64,000 nucleotides of DNA, from assembly GCA_934149005.1 (NCBI GenBank), contig CAKPDN010000001.1, positions 71,128 to 135,127 on the forward strand. The letters are read 5' to 3'. Below are positions 45,366-55,031 of the stretch, one piece after another; positions within the stretch are counted from its first letter, which is position 1, and each line of letters begins with the position of its first letter. The notes under the pieces are model-generated. The model saw only the letters and a list, made by a program, of their open reading frames with translations, was not told the origin of the DNA and did no database searches. The position numbers and the translations under genes were made by a program. The DNA is from an uncultured Clostridia bacterium (lineage in GTDB: Bacteria; Bacillota; Clostridia; TANB77; CAG-508).

Positions 45366-45412
45366 CCTATTGACAATAATTATAATAGCACAAACTAAGT
45401 TTTATTGTCAAT
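45366..45412 (-). promoter_or_regulatory. sigma-A promoter of tRNA-Leu
   Basis: Minus strand: TTGACA-17 nt-TATTATAAT, embedded in IR CTATTGACAATA...TATTGTCAATAG. Confidence 0.6.
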
Positions 45413-45458
45413 AGAAATTGATAATTTTTTAAAATTTACAAACTAATTTTAATTAGTA

Positions 45459-47150
45459 TTATATTCTTTTAAATTTAATATATGTAACAATACATGATAT
45501 AAACATCATTAATATTGCAAAATGAATAAATACATTACTTGTTTTACCAGCATATGGTAATTTTGTATTCTTAGTTTCTGTACCAACCTTATTAACAGAA
45601 GAATTACCATTATCTTTGTTTACAGAATCTTCATTTTTCTTATCAGATGCTGTTGTTTTATCTGTTTCATCTTTTTTGTCTTCTTTGTCTGATGTTGATG
45701 GCTTATCTGTCTCATCTTTTTTATCTTCTTTGTCTGATGTTGATGGCTTATCTGTCTCATCTTTTTTGTCTTCTTTGTCTGATGTTGATGGTTTTTCTGT
45801 TTCATCCTTTTTATCTTCTTTGTCTGATGTTGATGGTTTTTCTGTTTCATCCTTTTTGTCTTCTTTGTCTGATGTTGATGGCTTATCTGTCTCTTCTTTT
45901 TTATCTTCTTTGTCTGATGTTGATGGCTTATCTGTCTCATCTTTTTTATCTTCTTTGTCTGATGTTGATGGCTTATCTGTCTCATCTTTTTTATCTTCTT
46001 TTCCCGGTGTTGTTTCTTGTTTTGTTCCTGTTAACTCGTAAATATCTCCATCATATACTGTTCTATTTCCACTAACTACTTTTATCCATATTACAACATC
46101 TTTTGTTCCTGTAAAGCTTGATAAATTAGCATTAATTTGGTTATTCATTGTTAATGTCCAATTATCTGTATATTTAGGTAACAATCCTTTGGTTTTTGCA
46201 TCTAATTCATCAATATGTGCATCTGAAAAATTTGTTAGGTTTTCTCCATATTTATTTAAATAGTATTGTCTTGCTGATTGATAATTATCATAATTTTGTT
46301 CTGTTTTGTTTTCATCATATATTCTATAATATTTCGCTACAATTAGTTCATCTTTTAATTTCCTTATTTCATTATATTTAGTAGTTTCTATTTCGTTTAT
46401 TTGATAATACATTTGATAATTTGTTATACTATTTTCTATTTCTACTTTACCAATTCCATCTGTTAAGAATGTAGGCATTTTAATTTCATCTCCAGCATCT
46501 ATTACTCCTACATTTGAATTTGTATTATTTCCAGTATCTTCTTTATTTGAATCAGATTTTGTTCCTATTTCCTCATATATTTGTGCATCATATACTGTTC
46601 TAATGCCATTTTGTACTTTTACCCATGCTGTAAAATATTTAGTCCCAGAAAAGCTTGATAAGTCAAGACTTATGATGTTATTACTGGTTAAAATCCAATT
46701 ATTTGTATAATCAGGTAAGTTCCCAATTATCTTAGCATCTAATTCATCAATACGTGCATCTGAAAAATTTGTTAGGTTTTCTCCATATTTATTTAAATAG
46801 TATTGTCTTGCTGATTGATAATTATTATAATTTTGTTCTGTTTTGTTTTCATCATATGTTATATAATATCTTGCTACATTTAGTTCATCTTTTAATTTTC
46901 TTATTTTAGCATATTGATTACTGTCCATTTCTACAAATTGATAATATATGCTTGAGTTTGCTAAACTTGTTGCTGTGTTAACTGTAACATTACCATTATT
47001 TAGGATAGATGGAATTTCAATTTCATCTCCTGCATCTACTACTCCACCTGTATATGCGTTGGCATTTGTAATTACGAAAACTATTATTAAAATTATAATA
47101 GAAATTAGTACTTTTTTTATTATTTTCATTTTTATAATCATTCCTTTCAT
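45459..47150 (-). CDS. cell-wall-anchored surface protein with duplicated ~190-aa domain, 15-aa tandem repeats and sortase-type sorting signal
   Basis: Signal peptide, two near-identical domains, (TSDKEDKKDETDKPS)x8, C-terminal LPYAG motif plus hydrophobic helix plus KFKRI tail. Confidence 0.55.
   Translation of the reverse strand: MKGMIIKMKIIKKVLISIIILIIVFVITNANAYTGGVVDAGDEIEIPSILNNGNVTVNTATSLANSSIYYQFVEMDSNQYAKIRKLKDELNVARYYITYDENKTEQNYNNYQSARQYYLNKYGENLTNFSDARIDELDAKIIGNLPDYTNNWILTSNNIISLDLSSFSGTKYFTAWVKVQNGIRTVYDAQIYEEIGTKSDSNKEDTGNNTNSNVGVIDAGDEIKMPTFLTDGIGKVEIENSITNYQMYYQINEIETTKYNEIRKLKDELIVAKYYRIYDENKTEQNYDNYQSARQYYLNKYGENLTNFSDAHIDELDAKTKGLLPKYTDNWTLTMNNQINANLSSFTGTKDVVIWIKVVSGNRTVYDGDIYELTGTKQETTPGKEDKKDETDKPSTSDKEDKKDETDKPSTSDKEDKKEETDKPSTSDKEDKKDETEKPSTSDKEDKKDETEKPSTSDKEDKKDETDKPSTSDKEDKKDETDKPSTSDKEDKKDETDKTTASDKKNEDSVNKDNGNSSVNKVGTETKNTKLPYAGKTSNVFIHFAILMMFISCIVTYIKFKRI
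45655..46005. repeat. 45-bp coding tandem repeat (~8 copies, VNTR-like)
   Basis: Unit ttatctgtctcatcttttttatcttctttgtctgatgttgatggc repeated with occasional point differences. Confidence 0.85.
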
Positions 47151-47416
47151 AGAAAAGTAATTTTAAATAAATCCAATATTTAGGATATTATCTATAATTT
47201 TCCTTTCAAAATAAACTCTTTTATTATTTTACCACACTTTATGTTAATTGTAAATATTTTCTCAACATTTTATACATATAATCATTGCAGTTCAGTAAAA
47301 AATATATGAATATATTTTAAATGTTAGTATATTAATATTTTGCAGCAAAAGACTCATAGGTAGACTAGAAAACAAAATAGGGAGATAAACTCCCTATTTT
47401 GTTTTTAGTGAACAAT

Positions 47417-49081
47417 CTAATATTTCTTTAAGCTTATTTTTGTGTTGTCTGCTGTAACTGCTGTTACTGCATGTCCTACTCCATCATAATTATATTTTTT
47501 AACCTTTCCATAGTCCACATAACTGTAAATCATTTTCATTTCTTCTGTCTTATAATTTACAATGTAGACATTACCCTTTTTACTGGTTAATGCTAAGTTA
47601 TTCTTTTTAGTTACTCCAACTTTTGCAACATTTTTGTATTTTTTTCCATTGAATGAAAGTATACCTTTTTTGAATGTGTATTTGTACAGTTTTTTATTAT
47701 CTGAGTTATATACTACATTTGTATAAGTACCTACCGGAACTACTCGAGATTTATCTACTTGGGTAGTAGTATTATTATCTACTTGGGTAATTCCTAATGC
47801 TTTCTTCTGTTCATCTAAGGTTAATACATTAACGATGGAATAATTGGATAACCTTATAGCAGTAACATAATTATTAGTGCTGTCTTTTAAATAACTATCT
47901 ACATTAGTTACAAGTTGATTTAATTTTACTTCTTTTTGCAAATTGGGATTATACCATTTTGCTGTCTTTACTCCATTGTTGATAGAAGTAATATAAATCG
48001 TTTCGTTGTTATCAATTCCAACTGCACATACATTTTCTTCTGTGAAATTAATAACTTTTTGGTCAACCAGTACCTGAACCTTGCCATCAATTACAACAAA
48101 AGTATACTTCTTATTGCCAACATTTATACTTTCTACTAAATTAAGTTTTCCTGTGGTGTTGTTAGCATTTCCTAAGTATCTCTTTTGCTCATCTAAGGTT
48201 AATACATTAACTATAGAGTTATTAGATAACCTTATAGCGACAATATGATAGGTACTGTCTTTTACATAGCTGTCTACATTAGTTACGAATTGATTTAATT
48301 TTACTTCATTCTGCAAATTTGGATTATACCATTTTGCAGTCTTTATTCCATTATTGATAGAAGTAATATAAATCGTTTCATTGTTATCAATTCCAACTGC
48401 ACATACATTTTCTTCTGTGAAATTAATAACCTTTTGATCAACTATTACCTGAGCTTTACCATCAGTTACAACAAAAGTATATGTCTTACTACCAACATTT
48501 ATGTTCTCTACTAAATTAAGTTTTCCTGTGGTATTTGATGAATTATTACCAGTTGAAGTATTTCCTCCTGTTGTGTTACCATTTGTTGTAATGCCAGCTA
48601 ATTTTTTGAATTCTTCTAATGTAGGTACACTTACTAAACCGGTCGTTGTCTGTATTCCAACTAATTGCTCACCCGAAAATGCAAAGCCTTCTGCATTATT
48701 TAAATACTTGTGTAAATTAACACTCGGCTCATCTTTCTGGAGCATATAGTTGTATCCTGCACAAATACCTCTGTAGTTTATGGTCCATACGGTGCCATTG
48801 CTATCAAGGTATGCAGCTGCCATAACGTTCTCATCTGAGAGCCATTTGACTTTGTCTCCAGCTATTAGCTGAACTTGACCATTTTTAGTTAAAGTGTTGT
48901 ACGTTACTCCATTAATTGTAACCTTAGATGTACTCGGCACATCTGCTGCTAATACAATTTTGTCTTCTGCCCAGACCATTGTAGTAACTGATGCAACCTG
49001 TGTTACAACTAACAGTGCTACTAAAAGTAACCGTGCAAATGTTTTCAAGGAACTGTTGTTTTTAGTGATTTTTTTCTTCAT
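47417..49081 (-). CDS. secreted repeat protein (internal ~118-aa tandem duplication)
   Basis: Signal peptide MKKKITKNN...TMVWA. Two ~90% identical 355-bp DNA copies around 47800-48540 encode NTTGKLNLVE(N/S)INVG... Confidence 0.45.
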   Translation of the reverse strand: MKKKITKNNSSLKTFARLLLVALLVVTQVASVTTMVWAEDKIVLAADVPSTSKVTINGVTYNTLTKNGQVQLIAGDKVKWLSDENVMAAAYLDSNGTVWTINYRGICAGYNYMLQKDEPSVNLHKYLNNAEGFAFSGEQLVGIQTTTGLVSVPTLEEFKKLAGITTNGNTTGGNTSTGNNSSNTTGKLNLVENINVGSKTYTFVVTDGKAQVIVDQKVINFTEENVCAVGIDNNETIYITSINNGIKTAKWYNPNLQNEVKLNQFVTNVDSYVKDSTYHIVAIRLSNNSIVNVLTLDEQKRYLGNANNTTGKLNLVESINVGNKKYTFVVIDGKVQVLVDQKVINFTEENVCAVGIDNNETIYITSINNGVKTAKWYNPNLQKEVKLNQLVTNVDSYLKDSTNNYVTAIRLSNYSIVNVLTLDEQKKALGITQVDNNTTTQVDKSRVVPVGTYTNVVYNSDNKKLYKYTFKKGILSFNGKKYKNVAKVGVTKKNNLALTSKKGNVYIVNYKTEEMKMIYSYVDYGKVKKYNYDGVGHAVTAVTADNTKISLKKY

Positions 49082-49223
49082 ATAGTTTGTCCTCCTTTAA
49101 TTTGTTCACTAAATACATTTTGTGCATTTATCAATGCACTTGTTATTAGGCTTTTATATGCCTATTTAGCACCATTTGGTACCTCATTTATATTATATCA
49201 CATTTTTATAAATCAAGCAAATT

Positions 49224-49406
49224 TTACATAAAACAGAGTAGAATTCCTCCTGTTATAGCTAAAATAAAGCCTAAAATTTTTAATCCGGCTGAGCCTTCAT
49301 TTTGGTCTCCAAATCCAAAAAACTTTTTTGTTAAAATTCTAGCATCATAAATAAGTATTACTCCAAATAAAATTAATAATAACATTAAAATTTTTACTAT
49401 AATCAT
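49224..49406 (-). CDS. hypothetical small membrane protein (60 aa, two TM helices)
   Basis: Short ORF with two hydrophobic helices. Confidence 0.3.
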   Translation of the reverse strand: MIIVKILMLLLILFGVILIYDARILTKKFFGFGDQNEGSAGLKILGFILAITGGILLCFM

Positions 49407-49465
49407 AATATCTACATCCTTTTTATTTTTGTAGCTTTATATTAATATTTTTTTATATAAAAGTC

Positions 49466-49492
49466 AAGAGGGAATGCATTGCATTCCCTCTT
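49466..49492 (-). terminator. intrinsic terminator
   Basis: AAGAGGGAATGCA-tt-GCATTCCCTCTT, 13-bp stem. Confidence 0.65.
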
Positions 49493-49502
49493 ATAACTTC
49501 TG

Positions 49503-49844
49503 CTATTCAGTAGCTACTTGATCAAAAACAATTTGAGCTAACTTTTTAACTACGTGACTAACAGTTTGACCTACAAGCCATTCTGTGGGTACTGCATCGG
49601 AGTCGTTAAGTGCAACTTCGAGCTGGTCTAAGCATTTAGATGCACTGACCTCTACAAGGTCCTTTTTAGGATAGTTTTTCTTCATCTCCTTCATAACTTT
49701 AGATGCAATTTTATCCATCTTCTCTTCCGGATGCCGAAGCTTACGAACTACCATTTCAGCTAAGAAACACGTATGGTACTTATCTAACTTCAATTTTTCT
49801 GCCTCACTTAATGCTACATTGTAGATCAGTTTTTTGTTCTTCAT
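49503..49844 (-). CDS. hypothetical protein (113 aa, higher GC)
   Basis: ORF with GC about 40%. Confidence 0.35.
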   Translation of the reverse strand: MKNKKLIYNVALSEAEKLKLDKYHTCFLAEMVVRKLRHPEEKMDKIASKVMKEMKKNYPKKDLVEVSASKCLDQLEVALNDSDAVPTEWLVGQTVSHVVKKLAQIVFDQVATE

Positions 49845-50216
49845 TTCTTTGTCTCCTTATTAATTAAATATGTGCCTCTACTTAGAGGACTTATTATAAT
49901 AATAGCTACATGTCCTATTTTAGGAACTATATATATTATACATCAATTTACATAATAAGTCAATTTTGTTTTACAAAACTACTCTTTTATTTTACGAAAC
50001 TTAATTCTAAAAATATATAATAAACATTATTCTATAGTTAGTGTGGTTTTATTAAAATGTTTTCCAGATTTAACTTTAACACATGGCCTCAATCCTCCAA
50101 TATTAGCATTTCTATCTATCCATCTAACAGTCTTTAGAACAGTGTCTCCTGAATCTGAAAGCAATATCCCACTGTTGTTCGCATTATATCCATAAGCTGT
50201 AATAAATCCTATATCA

Positions 50217-51482
50217 TTAGAGTAAAATGAAGTTCCTATACTGTTTCCGCCAACTGGTATTTGAATTCAATCCACCACTATAATTTAGACCATATATTGC
50301 TCTTTTAGTCTTAATTGCTTGAATTTCTGATTTTCCTGAATATACTAAACTTAAATTTAATAATTCTAATGTAGGACTTCCCATACATAAATCTCCATTA
50401 TCTGCGTCTATAAAACTGGTCCACATATTATAATCCAATAACTGTGGACCACCTGGATTGCATTTCCATAAAACTCCATATTTAGGAAATTTTTGTTTTT
50501 CCTCATTGGTAAGATTAGAATATGCCTCATAAAGTGATTCATTTCCAGGAAATTCACATAAACGTTCTAAGTTAGCAATATATCCTTCGTTTTTATTTGT
50601 ACTGAAACCATCATTTACAATAAATGGACTAACTACTTTAGATCTTGTTTCACTATATGCAAAAGTTCCATACCCATGTTCAATCATTGTATTTTTGGGA
50701 TATTTAGTATAGTCTATACATTTACTGGCTATTAAGAATAAACCTTCTTCTCCTTCATACAAGACATTCCAATCATCTGAATAATCTCCGTCATTATCTA
50801 CATCTATTTTATAATTTGTAACTGAGAATTTGGTTAAATTAGGATTTACTTTCACTTCACATTTTGCTTCATATTTTCCGTATATTATGCTTATTTCGGA
50901 AGTTGTTTCTTCTGTTTTGCTCTTTACTGTTATTACATTTCCTTCTATTCTATCTATTATTACATTTTCATTATCTGATGTTGCTTTTAATGTTAGTGTT
51001 TCTTTTTCATTTATTGCTTCTATTTCTGTTTCTTGTAAATAAATTGGTGTTCTTTGTATCTTTATTACGTTTTCTGTTAAAGTTATTTCATAATATTTTT
51101 CATCTATTTGAATAAAATTCCCATTTTTGTTATATATTGTATCTTCTTTTAATTCTACTGTTATATAATTTGTTCCATTTGCTGCTAATACAATTTTATC
51201 TTCTTTTAATGATATTCCTACTATTGGCTCTTCTAATTTTTCTATTTTTTTTATTTTATATCCTTTATTGATTAACTCTTCTACTACATCTGAGATTGTT
51301 GGTCCATTTATTTTATTCTGATATTCAGAAACTTTTAATTCTAAATATACTAAATTCGCTACTTCTTCTATATCTGCAATTTTGCTTTCTATACTCGCAT
51401 TTTGTGTTTTTTTAAATAATTCACTATCTTTTAATGTAGCTATTGATATCCCCGCTAATATTAATAAAACTATAATGGTCAC
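50217..51482 (-). CDS. type-IV-pilin-like / Big_2-domain surface protein. The true 5' end lies upstream at 51651 through a (CT)16 tract, and the 3' end is probably frameshifted, with the continuation open to ~50040
   Basis: Pilin-like hydrophobic N-terminus NGITLVALIVTIIVLLILAGISIATL, Big_2-like beta domain (VITVKSKTEETTSEISIIYGKYEAKCEVKV). An alternative frame at the 3' end encodes 83 further aa. Confidence 0.5.
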   Translation of the reverse strand: MTIIVLLILAGISIATLKDSELFKKTQNASIESKIADIEEVANLVYLELKVSEYQNKINGPTISDVVEELINKGYKIKKIEKLEEPIVGISLKEDKIVLAANGTNYITVELKEDTIYNKNGNFIQIDEKYYEITLTENVIKIQRTPIYLQETEIEAINEKETLTLKATSDNENVIIDRIEGNVITVKSKTEETTSEISIIYGKYEAKCEVKVNPNLTKFSVTNYKIDVDNDGDYSDDWNVLYEGEEGLFLIASKCIDYTKYPKNTMIEHGYGTFAYSETRSKVVSPFIVNDGFSTNKNEGYIANLERLCEFPGNESLYEAYSNLTNEEKQKFPKYGVLWKCNPGGPQLLDYNMWTSFIDADNGDLCMGSPTLELLNLSLVYSGKSEIQAIKTKRAIYGLNYSGGLNSNTSWRKQYRNFILL

Positions 51483-51579
51483 AATAAGTGCTACTAATGT
51501 TATTCCATTCTGCTTATTTATTTGTTTGTTCTTTATTGTATTAGAATGTTTAACACAACTCCATTTTTTATTAAAGTGT

Positions 51580-51615
<36 letters not shown>

Positions 51616-51941
51616 AATTTCAACGTTTTCGTTCTTTTTGATATTTTGCATTTTTTATCTCCTTTTATCTACTTTTTTATGTTTTTATATTATCATATTT
51701 TTTATTTATTGTCTATATTTTCATTAATATTTGGTTCATCTGTTTCTTCTATCTTTTCCAAAATATCATTATTATCTACTGCTTCTTTTTCTCCATTTAA
51801 ATAATCATTGTACAATTTTTTATTTTTTCTTGTGTTGATATAATACAGGTCTAAAAACTGCTCTTTAACATATATTTATACAAAACACTTATAATTTCAT
51901 ATGAATAGTAAAATATTTTATGTGAAAAATTGGAGGTAATA

Positions 51942-53066
51942 ATGAAAAAAACATTCACAATTTTATTATTAATTATTTGTAGTTTTACAACAATTTCAAC
52001 AGGTTATTATTCAAGTTCATACATATGGTCTATAGATTCGAGTACTAATCCCGTATTTTCGTCAGATGTTTTAGAAACAAATTCCGAAATTCAAAATGAT
52101 AATTCTCTAAATTTAGAATCTAGTGCTGCAATACTAATAGAACAATCAACAGGTCAAGTTTTATATGCTCATAATGCCCACGAGCAACTACGTCCAGCTT
52201 CTGTCACAAAAATTATGAGTATCTTATTAATTATGGAACAAATTGATAGTGGTAATCTTTCTTACACAGATGCTGTTCCATGTTCAGAAAATGCTCGTTC
52301 TATGGGTGGATCTCAAATCTGGCTTGATCCTAGAGAGACTTTAACAGTTGACGAAATGCTAAAAGCAATATGTGTTGTATCTGCAAATGATTGTGTAGTT
52401 GCAATGGCAGAACACATTGCCGGTTCCGAAGAAGCTTTTGTTCAAATGATGAATGATAAAGCAAAAAAAATAGGTATGAATGATACAACTTTTAAGAATT
52501 GTCATGGTATTGATGAAGATGGGCATTTAACATCGGCTTATGACATAGCTTTAATGTCTCGCGAACTTTTAATAAAACATCCGGGTATAACAAAATATAC
52601 AACTATTTGGATGGATAGTTTAAGAGATGGAAAATCTCAATTAGTAAATACAAATAAATTAATAAAAACTTACAAGGGCATTACAGGTCTAAAAACAGGT
52701 TCTACATCACTTGCTTTATATAACTTATCTGCAAGTGCAACACGTGATAATTTATCTTTAATTGCTGTAATTATGAAAGCTCCTTCTACAAAGATACGAT
52801 TTTCAGAAGCTCAAAAGTTATTAGACTATGGTTTTAACAAATTTTCTTTCAAAAGTTTTGGAAATAAAAATGATATAATTCAGTCAGTATCTGTAAATAA
52901 AGGTGTTACAAATAATGTTGATGTTATATTAGAAAACAATGCTGGTACTTTAATGGAAAAAGGAAAAGAAAATCAGGTTTCTCAGTCTCTTGAAATAAAT
53001 GGTAATATTGAAGCTCCTATTAAAAAAGGTGATGTTCTTCGGAAGAATCGTTTTTTCTTTAGATAA
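51942..53066 (+). CDS. D-alanyl-D-alanine carboxypeptidase (PBP5/DacF-like, S11), 3' frameshift
   Basis: SVTKIMS (SxxK), SANDC (SxN), KTGST (KTG). The ORF ends ...KKGDVLRKNRFFFR*. The +1 frame continues GRIVFSLDNNVLSSVNLIASDNVDKINLF..., the normal C-terminal domain, to ~53180. Confidence 0.75.
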   Translation: MKKTFTILLLIICSFTTISTGYYSSSYIWSIDSSTNPVFSSDVLETNSEIQNDNSLNLESSAAILIEQSTGQVLYAHNAHEQLRPASVTKIMSILLIMEQIDSGNLSYTDAVPCSENARSMGGSQIWLDPRETLTVDEMLKAICVVSANDCVVAMAEHIAGSEEAFVQMMNDKAKKIGMNDTTFKNCHGIDEDGHLTSAYDIALMSRELLIKHPGITKYTTIWMDSLRDGKSQLVNTNKLIKTYKGITGLKTGSTSLALYNLSASATRDNLSLIAVIMKAPSTKIRFSEAQKLLDYGFNKFSFKSFGNKNDIIQSVSVNKGVTNNVDVILENNAGTLMEKGKENQVSQSLEINGNIEAPIKKGDVLRKNRFFFR

Positions 53067-53175
53067 TAATGTTCTTTCAAGTGTTAATTTAATTGCTTCT
53101 GATAATGTAGATAAAATAAATTTATTTACTATGTCAAAAAAGGTTATTTATAGTTGGATTGATTTATTACGAAGT

Positions 53176-53216
53176 TAAGATATGGGGATAGTCTAAAAAT
53201 CCCCATATCTTATTAT
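53176..53216. terminator. bidirectional terminator hairpin
   Basis: AAGATATGGGGA...TCCCCATATCTT, 12-bp stem. Confidence 0.6.
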
Positions 53217-54931
53217 TTTAACTTTAAATATCCTAATTCTTCCCAACTGTTATATGCTAAATTTAGTTTAAATACTAATTTAGGTTTTGCACCCGCTCTA
53301 TTTTTATCTATAACACAAGCATAATATCTAACATCTGGATTGTCTGATTTTTCTAAATTTAAAAATTTTGTATCTACTTCTTTTAATGAATATTCATACT
53401 CATCTAAATTGTCTCTATTTATTTGTTTAAATAGGCATAATGTATCTAAAACTTCTTTTACTGTTCTACTTACGGCTAAGTCATTTACATTTAAGTTAAT
53501 TGGAGATGTTTGACTTTCTGCTAATTGTAATGATGAACATATGAAAATATTGAAATTTTGTGCTAAATTTGAAAGGATTGTTGCTGTTTTCTTTATTTCT
53601 TCTGGATTTCCAATGTTGTCTGTATCTGTTTTTAATGTATCATAAAATACATATTCTATATGTTCTTTGTAATAGTAATTTATTATAACTTTCTTTAATT
53701 CATCATTTGTGTGGTCCGTAATATTTATAAAATATATTGAATTTTTAATTTGTTTACTTGCCCAATCAATTGCTTTAATTGCTTTATTGAAGTCTGATGA
53801 TATTGTTGATAATCTTTTTACAAATTGCTTTTGTGTTTCTCCTTCTTCTTTTAAGATATATCCGTTTTCATCTAATTTTGCTGCCTTTTTATTATCTGGT
53901 CTAAATTTAAATTCTAATAATTCACCTTCTGAAATTTTAACTTCTTGTCCATGTATTTTTTGTATTTCCGGATTATTTATTATTGTTGTGATTAAGCAAA
54001 GTTTCATTTTTTCTTCTGACATCTCATTTGATATTACTAGTACTTTCTTCTTATGAACTAATGCTGTATATGTTGCTAAATCTGTTGTAAGTCTACTTTT
54101 ACCAGAGTTTGATGGCATCGCAAAAGCCATTGTTTCCCCTTTTCTTATTCCTTTAAATACTTCTGTTATTATTGGAAATGGATAGCTTAATCCATTTGCT
54201 AGTTCATTTTCTCCACTTTCTAAAAAATCTACTAAATCATTGCTTAATACTGATTGCTTAAATTTCTGTGTTACTTTAACTTGCTCTATTGTGCTTTCAA
54301 CTTCTTCTGATGACATCTTATCGTATAAATTATATTCTGTTATTTCTACTATTTTATTTTGTATATTTCTTTCTGGTGTTTCTATATATGCTTTTCTTAT
54401 TATAAATAATTTTCTTAATTCTGTATAAATTTTTTCTATATTATAATCTTGATTTTTAACTTCTCTTACTAATTTATTTTTTAGTTCATACACTTTATCT
54501 GTATCTTTTGAAAAATTAAATCGGTTTTTAGCTTGTTCAGAAGAATATTTTGCACCTTCATTATATAATACACTTTTGTATATGTTTAACATTTCAGGGT
54601 CTTCAAACATACAAATTTCATATAAAAAATAATACTTAGATATTAATTTTGGATTTTCTAGTAGTAATCCTATAAAAATTCTTTCTAATTCAATATTGCT
54701 TAACTGTTTTGGATATGATCCATCATCAATTTCTTCATTTTCTTCTATTATATTTTCATCTTCTGTTTCTTTTGCTTTTTCTTCTTTTTCTTTTAATTCT
54801 CTCATTTTTTTAAGTGCCTCAAAGTAGTTTCCTGTTGCTATTAAATCCTTTATTTCATTTATATATCCTTCATTTTCTTTTGTTACTTTTATGTCGTTTA
54901 ATAAATCATATATTTTACCAACATTTTCCAT
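53213..54931 (-). CDS. DnaB-like replicative helicase (phage/plasmid type)
   Basis: Walker A FAMPSNSGKSRLTT, DnaB C-terminal-like region ending VIDKNRAGAKPKL. 572 aa. No replication partners nearby. Confidence 0.55.
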   Translation of the reverse strand: MENVGKIYDLLNDIKVTKENEGYINEIKDLIATGNYFEALKKMRELKEKEEKAKETEDENIIEENEEIDDGSYPKQLSNIELERIFIGLLLENPKLISKYYFLYEICMFEDPEMLNIYKSVLYNEGAKYSSEQAKNRFNFSKDTDKVYELKNKLVREVKNQDYNIEKIYTELRKLFIIRKAYIETPERNIQNKIVEITEYNLYDKMSSEEVESTIEQVKVTQKFKQSVLSNDLVDFLESGENELANGLSYPFPIITEVFKGIRKGETMAFAMPSNSGKSRLTTDLATYTALVHKKKVLVISNEMSEEKMKLCLITTIINNPEIQKIHGQEVKISEGELLEFKFRPDNKKAAKLDENGYILKEEGETQKQFVKRLSTISSDFNKAIKAIDWASKQIKNSIYFINITDHTNDELKKVIINYYYKEHIEYVFYDTLKTDTDNIGNPEEIKKTATILSNLAQNFNIFICSSLQLAESQTSPINLNVNDLAVSRTVKEVLDTLCLFKQINRDNLDEYEYSLKEVDTKFLNLEKSDNPDVRYYACVIDKNRAGAKPKLVFKLNLAYNSWEELGYLKLK

Positions 54932-54955
54932 CTTTAATATTCATTCCTTTCTTGT

Positions 54956-54995
54956 CCCATGGGGACGGTTCTTTTGGGACAAAAATGTCCCAAAA
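54956..54995 (-). terminator. perfect 16-bp palindrome downstream of valS
   Basis: CGGTTCTTTTGGGACA-aaaa-TGTCCCAAAAGAACCG. Confidence 0.55.
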
Positions 54996-55031
54996 GAACC
55001 GATGTATTGATTATACAATGTACAACAATTA

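Noticed and set aside
45655-46005. Regularly spaced 45-bp repeats that superficially resemble a CRISPR array
   Set aside because: The repeats are directly tandem with no spacers. They lie in-frame inside a long ORF and encode a 15-aa peptide repeat. No cas genes are nearby.
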